64,000 nt of DNA from Candidatus Bathyarchaeia archaeon (GTDB lineage: Archaea; Thermoproteota; CALKCG01; B24). The stretch spans positions 1 through 64,000 of the forward strand of contig JAVZJD010000001.1 of NCBI GenBank assembly GCA_038870975.1, written 5' to 3'. A program made the translations under genes and the position numbers. Numbering within the stretch: the first letter of the stretch is position 1; every line of letters starts with the position of its first letter. Below are positions 19,401 through 29,902 of the stretch, one piece after another. Below the pieces are notes generated by a model. It did not search any database. It was not told the DNA's origin and saw only the letters and a list, made by a program, of their open reading frames with translations.

Positions 19401-19970
19401 CTACTGTGGAGTAGAATAAAAAGATTTCTTTGAGCAAGTGTATATATAATCATTAGTTTTATCACTCGAACGGTCGACTACTTCAAACCCGCTCTCGTTT
19501 AAAAGGGTTTCTGCAGTTTCCCTCGTAAAAGTTTTCTTCAGGAAGCTCACAATTAAATACCCCCTATCTTTTAAAACCCTCCGGGCTTCATACAAAGCCT
19601 GAAGCGGTTCAGGTATATTATTAAGCACGGTAAACATGAAGACGGTATCAAAAGCATTGTTTTTAAGAGGCATGTTTTCAACATCCCCAATAATAAACTC
19701 TACGTTTTTCAACTTAATTTTGCTTTGAGCCATTTTAACCATTCTCTTAGAGAAATCTAAGCCCACAGCTAAATCTACTAAGCCTTTCAATCTTTCAATA
19801 AGAAGACCTGAACCGCAACCCGCATCTAAAACGATCGAATTGCTCGGAAGTGGAGTCATTCTCAAGCCTTCTACATGTTTTGCCGTCTGCTCTTCACCGT
19901 AAAGCTGGTCATAAACAGAGGCCGATGTATTGTATTCTTCCATTAACCTTCGCTTAAGATGCCAACACAT
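19401..19970 (-). CDS. Class I SAM-dependent methyltransferase
   Basis: VLDAGCGSG, GLDFS, GDVENMP and EARRVLKDRG motifs. Confidence 0.9.
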   Translation of the reverse strand: MCWHLKRRLMEEYNTSASVYDQLYGEEQTAKHVEGLRMTPLPSNSIVLDAGCGSGLLIERLKGLVDLAVGLDFSKRMVKMAQSKIKLKNVEFIIGDVENMPLKNNAFDTVFMFTVLNNIPEPLQALYEARRVLKDRGYLIVSFLKKTFTRETAETLLNESGFEVVDRSSDKTNDYIYTCSKKSFYSTPQ

Positions 19971-20813
19971 TCATTGAACCTGTTCAGTAGGCTTCTCTAT
20001 AAGCTTTCTCTTAGCAAGTATGGCTCCTGTTCTACTGTGCGGAGACCTGTATACACTGTCATTAGCCTTTTCGAGTTCTCTAGCTTCATCAGCTAGTTTA
20101 GCAGCATATTTCATCATTTCATGAGCCGCAGCTACTATGGTTGTATAATGCTCCCATTCTTTAACTATGAAGCAACCTTCAACGGTTAAATCTGCTACAA
20201 CTCTAGCTATTTCGAAGCTTGCCATGGCTTTAGCTTTAGCATATGGATTACTGAATTTTGCAGCCTCAACAGCATTGTCTTTCGTGATTACGACTGCTGG
20301 TAGAGTTGGCTTCACGCCTTGCTTTAAAGCATCTATGATTTTATCCAATTCCACTTGAATTATGTTGAAAACCCCGGTGATGGCTAAAACCTTTATCAAG
20401 TCTGAATTGAATAGAGCCATTTCAACTGGGTCTAAAAATTCCCTCCTAGCACCAAGCATAGAATCAGCCATTACGATTATGTAGCCAAACCCTCTGCTTT
20501 GAAGGTCTTTGATTATCTTCTTGGTTGGCGCATCTGAAACTACTACTACCGGAATGTTCTTTTCAGCTAGCTGTTCACGTAGCCTTGTTGGTCCAGGTAG
20601 AGACGCATTTGGACTTGTGACGATCACGACATCTGGTTTAAACTCCAGTAGTCTAGCTGCTACTTCTTCAGCCTGTTCAACGCCCATTTTCGCTCCTGAA
20701 GACACTACTCTCACGTCTATATCGTTACGGTCAGCTCTTTCATCCAGTAGGAACTCTATCATAGGTGCAGACCCTATGTTACCTATTTTAGCAAATCCAA
20801 CTTTAACCACCAA
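19971..20813 (-). CDS. mtd: F420-dependent methylene-H4MPT dehydrogenase
   Basis: KIGNIG..LLDERADR.DI.VRVVSSGAKM; SPN..LPGP; GARREFLDPVEMALFN. Confidence 0.95.
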   Translation of the reverse strand: MVVKVGFAKIGNIGSAPMIEFLLDERADRNDIDVRVVSSGAKMGVEQAEEVAARLLEFKPDVVIVTSPNASLPGPTRLREQLAEKNIPVVVVSDAPTKKIIKDLQSRGFGYIIVMADSMLGARREFLDPVEMALFNSDLIKVLAITGVFNIIQVELDKIIDALKQGVKPTLPAVVITKDNAVEAAKFSNPYAKAKAMASFEIARVVADLTVEGCFIVKEWEHYTTIVAAAHEMMKYAAKLADEARELEKANDSVYRSPHSRTGAILAKRKLIEKPTEQVQ

Positions 20814-20941
20814 AATCGAACACCTCCAGTATAGTGTTTTTGTAACTGTTTTTAGATTTTTCTAAATCCTTTTAAAATACCTTGAAGCCAATGATTTTAC
20901 ATACTTATCCTGTTTTCCAAAAGCGAAAACGTTAAAAGAAG

Positions 20942-21946
20942 ATGAAGACGAAATCAAAACCGGGTTTAAATATGTCGCAGAGTGGACTGTTTGAGTTTTC
21001 AGAGGATAAGGAGACTGGAAACCTCGTAGTTAAACATCTCCCTACGGGTAGGGTTTTAACGGTTGTTAACACTTTCACCGAGATGTTTCCCATGTGGTAT
21101 ATGAGGTTTCTAGTGACTGCTGAAAACTATAAGTGGGCTTTAAATTCCGCTAGAGCAGTTGTTGGATTCGGCACTTCGATAATAATGAGCCCCGCCGAAT
21201 GTGGAATAGAAGCCTTGGTTCCAGCAAATAGGACTCCAGATGGCAGACCTGGAGTTCTCATCCAGATCTACCATTCTGACAGATTCCTGCTTAAAGCACA
21301 GTTTCTATCTAGAGTAGGCCAATGCGTATTAACCTGTCCCACAACGGCTGTGTTTGATAGTCTAACGAAGACTAAGAGAAGGGTTAAAGCTGGTAAGAGC
21401 TTGGCAACTTTTGGAGATGGATTTCAGACGAAGGATAGGATGTTTGGTAGAGATGTCTGGAGAATACCGGTTATGGAGGGGGAGTTTATAATAGAGGAGA
21501 GCTTTGGAATTATGAAGGGTGTAGCTGGCGGAATGTTTCTAATTCTAGCGGAAAATTGGAAAAGTGGTTTAGAAGCGGCTGAAAGAGCGGTAAAAGCGAT
21601 TAGAAAGGTGAAAGGTGTGATAACTCCATTCCCAGGTGGGATTTGCAGATCTGGGTCTAAAGTTGGTTCTATGAAGTATAAGCTTAAAGCTTCAACAAAC
21701 CACCTCTTCTGTCCATCGCTTAAGAAAGTTGTTGAGAAGAGTATGATCCCTGAGAATGTGAACAGCGTATATGAAATCGTTATAAACGGTGTAAACTTGG
21801 ATAGTATTAAGAAGGCTTTAGGCGTTGGAATAAAAGCAGCGATCGAAATACCTGGGGTTGTTCAGATAACTTCTGCAAACTATGGGGGGAAATTGGGTCC
21901 TTACAACCTGTATCTTAAGGAGGCTTTAGCCTCCGTCGGGCTTTAA
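20942..21946 (+). CDS. ftr: Formylmethanofuran--H4MPT N-formyltransferase
   Basis: TPDGRPG, RVGQCVLTCPTT, FGDG, PFPGGICRSGSKVGS, NYGGKLG. Confidence 0.95.
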   Translation: MKTKSKPGLNMSQSGLFEFSEDKETGNLVVKHLPTGRVLTVVNTFTEMFPMWYMRFLVTAENYKWALNSARAVVGFGTSIIMSPAECGIEALVPANRTPDGRPGVLIQIYHSDRFLLKAQFLSRVGQCVLTCPTTAVFDSLTKTKRRVKAGKSLATFGDGFQTKDRMFGRDVWRIPVMEGEFIIEESFGIMKGVAGGMFLILAENWKSGLEAAERAVKAIRKVKGVITPFPGGICRSGSKVGSMKYKLKASTNHLFCPSLKKVVEKSMIPENVNSVYEIVINGVNLDSIKKALGVGIKAAIEIPGVVQITSANYGGKLGPYNLYLKEALASVGL

Positions 21947-22008
21947 CGGCAGTAAATGCTCATCTAATTCGTCCGAGTCCCTTAGAAGACTATAATTTTT
22001 ACTTCTAC

Positions 22009-23838
22009 TTATGGGTTTAGGTATGTCCAATCCGGCTCTGAGATGAAGCCTCCGTAGAAGGTCTGATTGTAGAGTTTACGTTTAGGAGTGAATATTTTAA
22101 TGCCGCTGAAGCCTCTATCCTGCGTATAAATGGATAGAAGCTTATCGTTCCAAACGACTACCTCATCCCGTCTATCTCCACAGATGTCGTATACCCATAC
22201 CTTCCCAGGGTGCGGGTCTGGGAATTCAACGACCAATCTACCGTAGCCATCGTAGAGGCCGTAGGCTGAGCCTATGAGTTCAACTCCATCCCCAGACCAA
22301 TTAACGGGAACCCAGCCGTAAACATCGGTGAAGTCTGCGTGTAGAATATCACCTTCTAAACTAAGAATAAACCAGAAAGCTCCACCCCAGAAAGTATTCG
22401 CTGCAATAGCTAAACCACTAGGTTGATCGGGTCTGTAGCTTGCTAGGTTCACCCCCTGTCCATGCCCCAAATGCCATTCTCTTAGAATATCACCAGTTAA
22501 AGCATCCAGAAAGTAGAATCCTCCATCCTCATACGCGAGAGCGAGTATTAAACGACCATCCTTATTCCTGTAGAAGATTGAACTATCACAGTGACCATAG
22601 AGGTCTATACGCCATAAAACCTCCCCGTTTTGATCTATTAATGCATCTCCCGAGAATACTTCATCAAATCCATCATTGTCTACATCGTATATTTGAGCGT
22701 AATGTGCCATTTTACCAGTGTAAGACCATAGCCTACTAAACTCGCGATCGTAAGCCCAGATGTTGTTATACCGGTCTTTGAGGAGAAAATCGCCTGGATC
22801 ATGCCCTGTTAGATTGCATATGGTTATAGAGTCTCCTAGAATTCTCGGAAACCCATCTTCAGGTCCCTCACCCCATTCTTCACCAGGGTTAGACTCCGGG
22901 GTATCTGTTTCAACAAGAACTTTCCCTGTGGCTCCGTCTAAGAGCATTATTTTGAAGTCTTTACAGCAGAGTACTTCCATTTTCCCGTCTCTATTGAAGT
23001 CGAAGACCTGCACTGGAAGGTCTGACCACACTTCGTAACCTGATGGATCTGGTTCACCAATCTGCCACAGAATGTTTCCATCGAGGTCGATGGCCGTAAT
23101 ACATCTTAAAGCCACGTAGTTTACACCGCTCAGTTTAATAGGCTTAGGACTTACTCTCTGCGCAAATATAAACTCAACCCTACCATCGCCGTTTAAATCG
23201 CCAAGTCTTAAAACCTTTCCCGCATATTCACCTAATTTCAGCCTCTTATAAAGCACAGCTCTAGGATACTCTGGAATTTGAGGCGGTTCTACTGTTTTTA
23301 CCACTGAGTAGAAGTTTCTATAGAGTCCCACTCCAGTCACCCAAACATCGCCAGGACCAGCTCCATACAGGGTTAAATTTATCTGCGATCCACCGTCTGG
23401 TATCATGAAGCCTCCGTTCATACACCTCCATCCCCATTTACCAGAGGCGCCAATTATACCACCCCTCCATAAGCCTAGGTCTTCTACGAAAAATGGCTCA
23501 CCGCTGTCGCCCACCCACTTTTTCTTTATGGCTTTAACCCTCCCGCCGTTTGCATCTAAAATTTGCGGTTCTAATACAATAGAGGCTCTTCTACTCTCAA
23601 GCTTAAGCATCATATAGACATTGAGCATATATGTTTCCCCAGGCTTCACTTGCAACTTCTCACTGTACGCCAGACGCCATTCACTCCATCCGGAGCTTTC
23701 AATTTTAAGAGAATCCTCCACTCCAACTGGTGTTTGAACTCTATCTGGAAAAATTTTAACCTCTTCCGGCTTCGATTCGATTCTCCAAAGACCCAATGTA
23801 AAGTATGGATCTTTAATGAGATTCTCCAAATAAACCAC
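22009..23838 (-). CDS. Carbohydrate-binding module + FG-GAP/rhamnogalacturonan-lyase-like beta-propeller protein
   Basis: Repeated DxNxDGxxE motifs; DLPVQVFD, KDRYNNIWAYD, GHGQ. Confidence 0.65.
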   Translation of the reverse strand: MVYLENLIKDPYFTLGLWRIESKPEEVKIFPDRVQTPVGVEDSLKIESSGWSEWRLAYSEKLQVKPGETYMLNVYMMLKLESRRASIVLEPQILDANGGRVKAIKKKWVGDSGEPFFVEDLGLWRGGIIGASGKWGWRCMNGGFMIPDGGSQINLTLYGAGPGDVWVTGVGLYRNFYSVVKTVEPPQIPEYPRAVLYKRLKLGEYAGKVLRLGDLNGDGRVEFIFAQRVSPKPIKLSGVNYVALRCITAIDLDGNILWQIGEPDPSGYEVWSDLPVQVFDFNRDGKMEVLCCKDFKIMLLDGATGKVLVETDTPESNPGEEWGEGPEDGFPRILGDSITICNLTGHDPGDFLLKDRYNNIWAYDREFSRLWSYTGKMAHYAQIYDVDNDGFDEVFSGDALIDQNGEVLWRIDLYGHCDSSIFYRNKDGRLILALAYEDGGFYFLDALTGDILREWHLGHGQGVNLASYRPDQPSGLAIAANTFWGGAFWFILSLEGDILHADFTDVYGWVPVNWSGDGVELIGSAYGLYDGYGRLVVEFPDPHPGKVWVYDICGDRRDEVVVWNDKLLSIYTQDRGFSGIKIFTPKRKLYNQTFYGGFISEPDWTYLNP

Positions 23839-24747
23839 CTAGAGTTCAGCACCAATCTTTATAAGTTCATCTAAATTTATTGGGAGGATGTTTTTAGGTA
23901 TTTTAATCTTCACAGTTTTCTTCGGATTGACTATTTGAGAGACTCCAAGGTTTGATGTAAGGCTTAACAGAGTAAGAGCCGTCTGTTCATCTAATTTAAA
24001 GGCCTTCTGAAGGAGCTTCTTAGCTGCACCCAACACGTCTTCAATAGCCTCCTCTAAATTTTTCGAAGAAGATAGAACAGTTAAACTTCCATTATAATCA
24101 ACGAGGACCTTATCTACAACACGTCCACGGTGAAGTTTAATCTTTACCTCGACTTCAGCTGGAACTTCTAAACCTTGACCTGAAACTTCACCATCCCCTT
24201 GGACTGCATGTACATCTCCTAAAGCAAAAAGCCCTCCTTCAACCCATACTGGTAGGAAGACCTTCGAACCTACAGTTATCTCTGAAGTATCTAGATTCCC
24301 GCCGAAGTCGCCCTGCTCAATAGTGGAGACTTCACCCTCAGGTGGTGCAACGCCGATTACACCTATCACTGGTTTTACAGGTATTTTGAAGGACTCTGCT
24401 TCAATCGTATTATCCAATATTTTAAACACCCTCCGACCTATGAAGCCTCTGTCTCCAACCTTTACGCTCAATATTTCAACTTCAATCGTGTACCCAGGTT
24501 TAGCTCCTTCAACCCAAACTGGCCCAGTTGCAGGGTTAACTCTACTCCTATCAACTGTATCAACATTTGAAAGGTATTCACCACTTAAATCCAATTGTCC
24601 ATCGAAAGCATCTTTAACCTCAAATACGATCAAACTATTCGGTTTAACTTTTAAGACTGGTTTATGAGATGCTGAGAAGCTATAAACTCTGAGATTTGAT
24701 GGGATTCTTAAAATCAAAATCTTCAACCTCTTAAATCGAACAAGCAC
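23839..24747 (-). CDS. Acetamidase/formamidase family
   Basis: NPATGPVWVEGAKPG, GGNLD, GDVHAVQGDGE. Confidence 0.9.
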   Translation of the reverse strand: MLVRFKRLKILILRIPSNLRVYSFSASHKPVLKVKPNSLIVFEVKDAFDGQLDLSGEYLSNVDTVDRSRVNPATGPVWVEGAKPGYTIEVEILSVKVGDRGFIGRRVFKILDNTIEAESFKIPVKPVIGVIGVAPPEGEVSTIEQGDFGGNLDTSEITVGSKVFLPVWVEGGLFALGDVHAVQGDGEVSGQGLEVPAEVEVKIKLHRGRVVDKVLVDYNGSLTVLSSSKNLEEAIEDVLGAAKKLLQKAFKLDEQTALTLLSLTSNLGVSQIVNPKKTVKIKIPKNILPINLDELIKIGAEL

Positions 24748-24770
24748 TTATGAGGAGCTTAGCAATCAAG

Positions 24771-26750
24771 TTAGGTTTCAAATACTACATGTGCATGGCC
24801 TTTAATCGTTGGAATAATTGTACTCGTATAGTTTCCCGATTGTTCCACTGCAAGTTCGCTTTTACTGGGAATTAAGTATGCATTCCTAGCGTATGTACGT
24901 ATTGCTACGTTAACGTCGTTTATGGGAAGTGCTTCTTCAACTATGTCTATTCCTTCTGCTCGACGCTGTGGAACATAGTGAAGTATATGAACAATGTAGT
25001 CGCCTTCTAGGCGGCGTACTACGACTTCAGCTGTAGATGGTAAATTGTGTTTCAATATTGGCTCAGGCATTAAATGGTTTATAGCATTTCTAAGGAGGAA
25101 CTTATATACCGGAAACCCATGTATTTTATAAGCTCTAAATATTGGAAAGGCAAAGTACACGATTCTAGATGTCCTCACAATAGCCGGATAGTTGCTGTCT
25201 CTATCGGGGGGTGTTTGACGGTGGGAGCAGAAGTGTGCAGCAGTACGGTCAAAATACGGCTCTACGACTTTAGCAAGTACCTCAGCCCCTGGAACCGCTT
25301 CCACGTATGCAGCAGGCTCGTAGAGAGCGTAATCGTATACTTCGACGTCTAATCCAAGTTTATCTGCAATCGGTCTTAGATAGTTTAAAGAGTAGCGACT
25401 TCTTCTAATGGATCGAATCGGCCAATCTCTCAAAATGGGTTCGCCTGTTTTCTGGGATAAGCCTGAGAAGTAACTTGCGATTATTTTTCCACCAACCTCT
25501 AGAAATCTTTCGAGTTTATCCGTTAAGTCTTCAGATAAATATACGTGGTCTGGGAGGATTAAGAGTTTAAACTTTGAAAAGTCATCCCATTCATCGAGTA
25601 TTAGAAATTGATGCCCAAGTTCCATGAGAATCCGCATAGCTCCTTCTTCAGAACTTAAATCTGTACCGAGTACTCCTTCTGGACCTGTTCCATTAGCTAT
25701 TAGTATCCCGATGTCTGCAACGGGCTCCGTGTCTTTAAGCCATGGCTCAAGCCTCTCTATTTGGCTGTACACGTAGCCGATTAACCTATATGTTGCTTGA
25801 TCTAATCGACCCCTCGGATGAAGTTGGTCGCCAACACCAACTCTGATACCTCTAACTGCTACCCGTAGGCATTCATATTCTAAAGCAGCTTTACTTTTAA
25901 GCCCTCCAAAATCACCCCAGGATTTATGGAATCGACCAGTGAGAGATTGTAGAGGAATGCCTTTATTCATTAAGTAGTGTGCTATGAGGGGGAAGTGGTT
26001 ATAGCCCCATCCGCCTGTTGGAAGAGATTCTATGGAGACGTAACTGTAGTACTCTAGGTCTTTTCTCAGACTTGCATCTGGGTTTGCTGAGAGAATCCAG
26101 CTACGGTTGAAGTATACAGCTATCTCAGGGTCGTATTCTTCTACAATCGATTTTATACGTTTCATAAATCTTCTTTGAACCTGTATCGCCTGTATGTGCC
26201 GATCGGATGGGTTTTCAGGGTTAAGCATACTCTTCTCCATATCCGACAGACAGTAGTCGCATATGCATCCGTCAAACCACTGCATTACTATATCTATGAA
26301 AAACCTGTCAAACTGGTAGTTTGACAGAAGCTCTCTAATGTGTGCTTCAACCCAGTCTGCGTAAGGAGAGTTTAAACACAACCATTTCCAGTATCCTGTT
26401 TCAACGAGGCTTTTATCAGGTTTAACCTGACGCCACTCTGGATGAAGCCGAGCGTTTAATTCATCCCAAGCTACTGTAGTGTAAACACCGACGCTAATTT
26501 TGTGGGTTTTTAATACCTCTATCATTTCACCCAGTAAATCTTTACGTTTTAACCCTGGGTGAACTACACCGACTTTTGTTGGGTAGTAGCAGTAGCCGTG
26601 GTGGCATCTAGCGAAGATGCATATCGTGTTTACATGGGCGTTGATAAGTGTATGTGCAAACTCCTCTGGATCGAAGTCCACACCAACGTCTCCAATGAAT
26701 TCGCTTGTATGGAAGTCTAAATGGACATCTCGGAAAGGAATGGGCTTCAT
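24771..26750 (-). CDS. Glycoside hydrolase (GH151-like alpha-L-fucosidase / beta-galactosidase trimerisation domain)
   Basis: VHLDFHTS, FARCHHG, ESLPTGGWGY, RFHKSWGDFGG, GDQLHPRG. Confidence 0.8.
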   Translation of the reverse strand: MKPIPFRDVHLDFHTSEFIGDVGVDFDPEEFAHTLINAHVNTICIFARCHHGYCYYPTKVGVVHPGLKRKDLLGEMIEVLKTHKISVGVYTTVAWDELNARLHPEWRQVKPDKSLVETGYWKWLCLNSPYADWVEAHIRELLSNYQFDRFFIDIVMQWFDGCICDYCLSDMEKSMLNPENPSDRHIQAIQVQRRFMKRIKSIVEEYDPEIAVYFNRSWILSANPDASLRKDLEYYSYVSIESLPTGGWGYNHFPLIAHYLMNKGIPLQSLTGRFHKSWGDFGGLKSKAALEYECLRVAVRGIRVGVGDQLHPRGRLDQATYRLIGYVYSQIERLEPWLKDTEPVADIGILIANGTGPEGVLGTDLSSEEGAMRILMELGHQFLILDEWDDFSKFKLLILPDHVYLSEDLTDKLERFLEVGGKIIASYFSGLSQKTGEPILRDWPIRSIRRSRYSLNYLRPIADKLGLDVEVYDYALYEPAAYVEAVPGAEVLAKVVEPYFDRTAAHFCSHRQTPPDRDSNYPAIVRTSRIVYFAFPIFRAYKIHGFPVYKFLLRNAINHLMPEPILKHNLPSTAEVVVRRLEGDYIVHILHYVPQRRAEGIDIVEEALPINDVNVAIRTYARNAYLIPSKSELAVEQSGNYTSTIIPTIKGHAHVVFET

Positions 26751-26795
26751 ACAAGTCTAGAATTCTACGTCAATTTGATTTAAGCTTAAAGCTTT

Positions 26796-28007
26796 TCACG
26801 TAGAGACCTTCTCCAGTGTAGAATGTACCAGCAAACTTCCAATTGTTTTCAAGACGATTGCAGAGATCGATGGATACGTATTAGGTTTTCCAAGAGCCGT
26901 CCAAATTTTTCGAAAAGAGCCTTCAATGGTTTTAGAATGATAATCGAAGTCTTTAAGAGTATTCCAGCCAATATTCTTCAGCAGAGTAACAACATGCTCT
27001 AATAATTCATCATCCAGTGTTTTGAATAGCCGCCTGTAGAAACGTTGCATCTTAAATTCATACCCTAAAAGTCTTCTCCAAGTCTTCTCGTAGAATTCAG
27101 GCGCATATATAAAGCCCTCCTCTGCCTTCTTTGCAATAGCTAAGCCTGCAATTAAACCGCATAAAGTACCTGTAAATATTCCTCCTCCAGTTATAGGTTT
27201 AGATTGACCAGCCGCATCACCGACTGATAGGAATCTGCTGTTGAAGGTTTTAGGCAGTGGTCCACCAGTAATAATAGGCCATTTAGTGACGCCGTATAAC
27301 TCCTCAACGTTCAGTTTTTTAAGTAGATTTCTTAAGAAAGACAATGGATTTCCATGTTCACATGCCAGTCCGATTCTCGCCCTATTAGAATTTAACGGTA
27401 TAACCCACCCGAAAAAGCCTGGTGCAATACGACGCCCTAAGAAAACGTGGACTTCATCTTCATTTAAACCGTTAACCTTTACTTCGGCTTGAGCTGATGG
27501 AATAGGCCTTCTAAGGGAAGGATTTAAACCCAATACTGCTGGTGTGAAAACACTTAAAGCCCCGCTGGCATCTACGGCTATTCCACTTTTAAAGACGCCG
27601 CTGGTTGTTACGATTTCAACGTGGCTTTTGTAGAAATTGAGTTTCTTAACCTTAACCCCCGCGTATATCTCTGCATCGTTGTTTAAAGCTTTTAAAGCTA
27701 GAGCTTTTTCAAATGCAACTCTATCCAAGATGAAGCATTCGCCTCCGAGTTTAACCGTTAATAGTGAACCGCTAGGTGAATGTACGACTGCCTCTGAGAC
27801 TCTATTCAGTACGTATTCTCCCTTAAAGCTGAGGTTGAGGTTTCTAATGCATCTTCCACTAACTAATCCTCCGCACCTCGCGTTTAAAAGCCCAACCTCT
27901 CTATGCTCTTCAAAAACAGCCACTCTAGCCTTTCTCATTGAGGCTGATAACGCTGTCGATAGTCCTGATGGACCAGCTCCTATTATACAGGCGTCGTACA
28001 CTGGCAA
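26796..28007 (-). CDS. Geranylgeranyl reductase family FAD oxidoreductase
   Basis: IGAGPSG, PGFFGWVIP, VGDAAGQSKPITGGGI. Confidence 0.88.
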   Translation of the reverse strand: MPVYDACIIGAGPSGLSTALSASMRKARVAVFEEHREVGLLNARCGGLVSGRCIRNLNLSFKGEYVLNRVSEAVVHSPSGSLLTVKLGGECFILDRVAFEKALALKALNNDAEIYAGVKVKKLNFYKSHVEIVTTSGVFKSGIAVDASGALSVFTPAVLGLNPSLRRPIPSAQAEVKVNGLNEDEVHVFLGRRIAPGFFGWVIPLNSNRARIGLACEHGNPLSFLRNLLKKLNVEELYGVTKWPIITGGPLPKTFNSRFLSVGDAAGQSKPITGGGIFTGTLCGLIAGLAIAKKAEEGFIYAPEFYEKTWRRLLGYEFKMQRFYRRLFKTLDDELLEHVVTLLKNIGWNTLKDFDYHSKTIEGSFRKIWTALGKPNTYPSISAIVLKTIGSLLVHSTLEKVST

Positions 28008-28075
28008 GGTTTAAACTCCTCTAAAGTATTTCTCAGTAGGTTTAAATTTCAGTCTACCTCTTAAATTAGAAGATT

Positions 28076-28441
28076 ATGGCTGAGGATGACTACATAGACG
28101 TTAAACTCGCTTTGAAAGACTTCCTCAGAGATAACGATTTAACTCTAGATGATATTCTAACGGCTATGGATGAAGATAAGGAAGGCACTATAGAAGCCCT
28201 ACGTAAGAGAACGCTTTTAAGCGAATACGAGCTTAAACAGCTTGAGCGAAAAGCGACAAGCCGCCAGCTTAACACGTTACTCTTTGTGATCCAGCTTTTC
28301 TACTTAGCAAACCCCTCCGGTTTATACAAAGATAAACTGATCTATCCGTGCAGAGAGGACGTTGTAAGAGATGGAAAAATTACAGCCGAATCTGTGAAAC
28401 AAATCCTCAAAATCCTAGGTATACACATCGACTGGGAATAG
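28076..28441 (+). CDS. Hypothetical protein
   Basis: 121 aa ORF, divergent from the GGR gene. Confidence 0.6.
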   Translation: MAEDDYIDVKLALKDFLRDNDLTLDDILTAMDEDKEGTIEALRKRTLLSEYELKQLERKATSRQLNTLLFVIQLFYLANPSGLYKDKLIYPCREDVVRDGKITAESVKQILKILGIHIDWE

Positions 28442-28958
28442 TACCTGCAGAAGCGTAGAATGACTATTTGCTTCCTATAGTGCTGGAGAAATTTAGGTAT
28501 GTAGTGAAAACTGCCAACGCTATGTGTAAGGACTCTGTAGGCAATGTAACAGTCACTACGCTATATTGTTATATGTTTAAGCTTAAAACCGATGTAGGGT
28601 TGTCGCATTCTCCACAGGAAGGCTTATTACATCGAAGAAGATCTAGCTATCCTTAAGCTCCATCCCTCTCCATTTTCAATCATCTTCCAAATATGGAGGT
28701 TAGAATCGCAAACATGGCTATGAGTAGTCTAACGGTTTCTAAGAGGGCTCCAATGAGTTGGGTGCTGTATACATCTAAAACGTATAGGTCGATTCATAGG
28801 TAAGACGTATTTCCTGGGGAAGTTATTCTACTTCAACGTAATACGTTCAATTTAAACGTATTAAACGTAGAGGGAGAAATCATAGAATACATTTCCAATA
28901 AACGGATTCCTCTTTGGGAAAAGGAAACGGTTAATAAGATGTATTCAATCCTCTGAAA

Positions 28959-29315
28959 TTGGTGTCCACTATGAAGATAGAGATTTCAAGACCTAGAGTT
29001 GTAAAAATCTTAGGATTCGATTCAAGAGGTAAAGATGACTTGGTGTGGTGTTCGCTCTCCATGGAGGTTTCAAGACTCTTCTGGATAGATGGCCTTCTAA
29101 TTTGTATGGAGGTTCCTGAGAAAAGCTTCGACTATGAGTATAAAGATGGAATATATGTGGTCAGTCAACTATGTTACGCTGAGTATCCTAAGTACAATAA
29201 GTTTGAAGACGTTGGTAGGGGTATTCAAATACCCATCGTAAACGTTAAAGGTATGACGGTCTTCGAATCTATAGCTAAAGCCATACGGGAGAATGATAAG
29301 CGTTTAGATGTGTAG
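28959..29315 (+). CDS. Hypothetical protein
   Basis: 118 aa ORF with typical codon usage. Confidence 0.6.
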   Translation: MVSTMKIEISRPRVVKILGFDSRGKDDLVWCSLSMEVSRLFWIDGLLICMEVPEKSFDYEYKDGIYVVSQLCYAEYPKYNKFEDVGRGIQIPIVNVKGMTVFESIAKAIRENDKRLDV

Positions 29316-29332
29316 AAAAAGGAGCTTTAACT

Positions 29333-29902
29333 CTATTCAGGTTTCGACCGGAGTATGAGGTTTAATAGAAGTTTTCTATCTATTTCTACTTCAGCCCTCC
29401 ATCCGAGCGTTAAGACTCCTCCACTTTCTCTCTTTAGATACCCTCTGCCTATGAATTTGGATATTGAGTATTCGACAAACCACCTTGGAAACTTCTCCTC
29501 TAGAAACTCTTCAAGCTCCCGCCTCTGAACCTTGCCATGCTTTGAAACTATGAAAGCTACTGAAGCGGCTAAAGCGGCTATTTCATCGATCCTCCAACCC
29601 GAAGACATAGCATCTCCGATTGTCAAAGGCTCTTTGACTGTTACCATGAAACGGGCTTTATCTAAATCTTCTACGTCTTTAGGTTTAACCATTTTAACCT
29701 GTAAACCTATCTTTTCAAGCTCGGAATCTAAAACCTCTAAAACCTTCATGTAGTTTTTACCCAGGGCTCTTTTAAGCTCCCAACCTTTAACGCCGGGCTC
29801 TCTGTGCCTCTGGAACAGTAGAAGTTGAGCAGCTCGCCTAACTTTTACGCGCATGGCTTCCGCCAAAAGATCCACCTCCCGATAGCTCCCTCCAACGTTC
29901 AT
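29333..29902 (-). CDS. Kite (ScpB/Nse1-Nse3-like) tandem winged-helix subunit
   Basis: Last gene of SMC operon; two wHTH-sized domains; GYLKRE..LTLGWRAEVE resembles MAGE/Nse3 C-terminus. Confidence 0.6.
   Translation of the reverse strand: MNVGGSYREVDLLAEAMRVKVRRAAQLLLFQRHREPGVKGWELKRALGKNYMKVLEVLDSELEKIGLQVKMVKPKDVEDLDKARFMVTVKEPLTIGDAMSSGWRIDEIAALAASVAFIVSKHGKVQRRELEEFLEEKFPRWFVEYSISKFIGRGYLKRESGGVLTLGWRAEVEIDRKLLLNLILRSKPE

Noticed and set aside
28442-28958. Replication origin or CDS (62-aa ORF) in the long intergenic region
   Set aside because: No convincing ORB repeats, no adjacent cdc6/orc1, and the ORF has no recognisable features.
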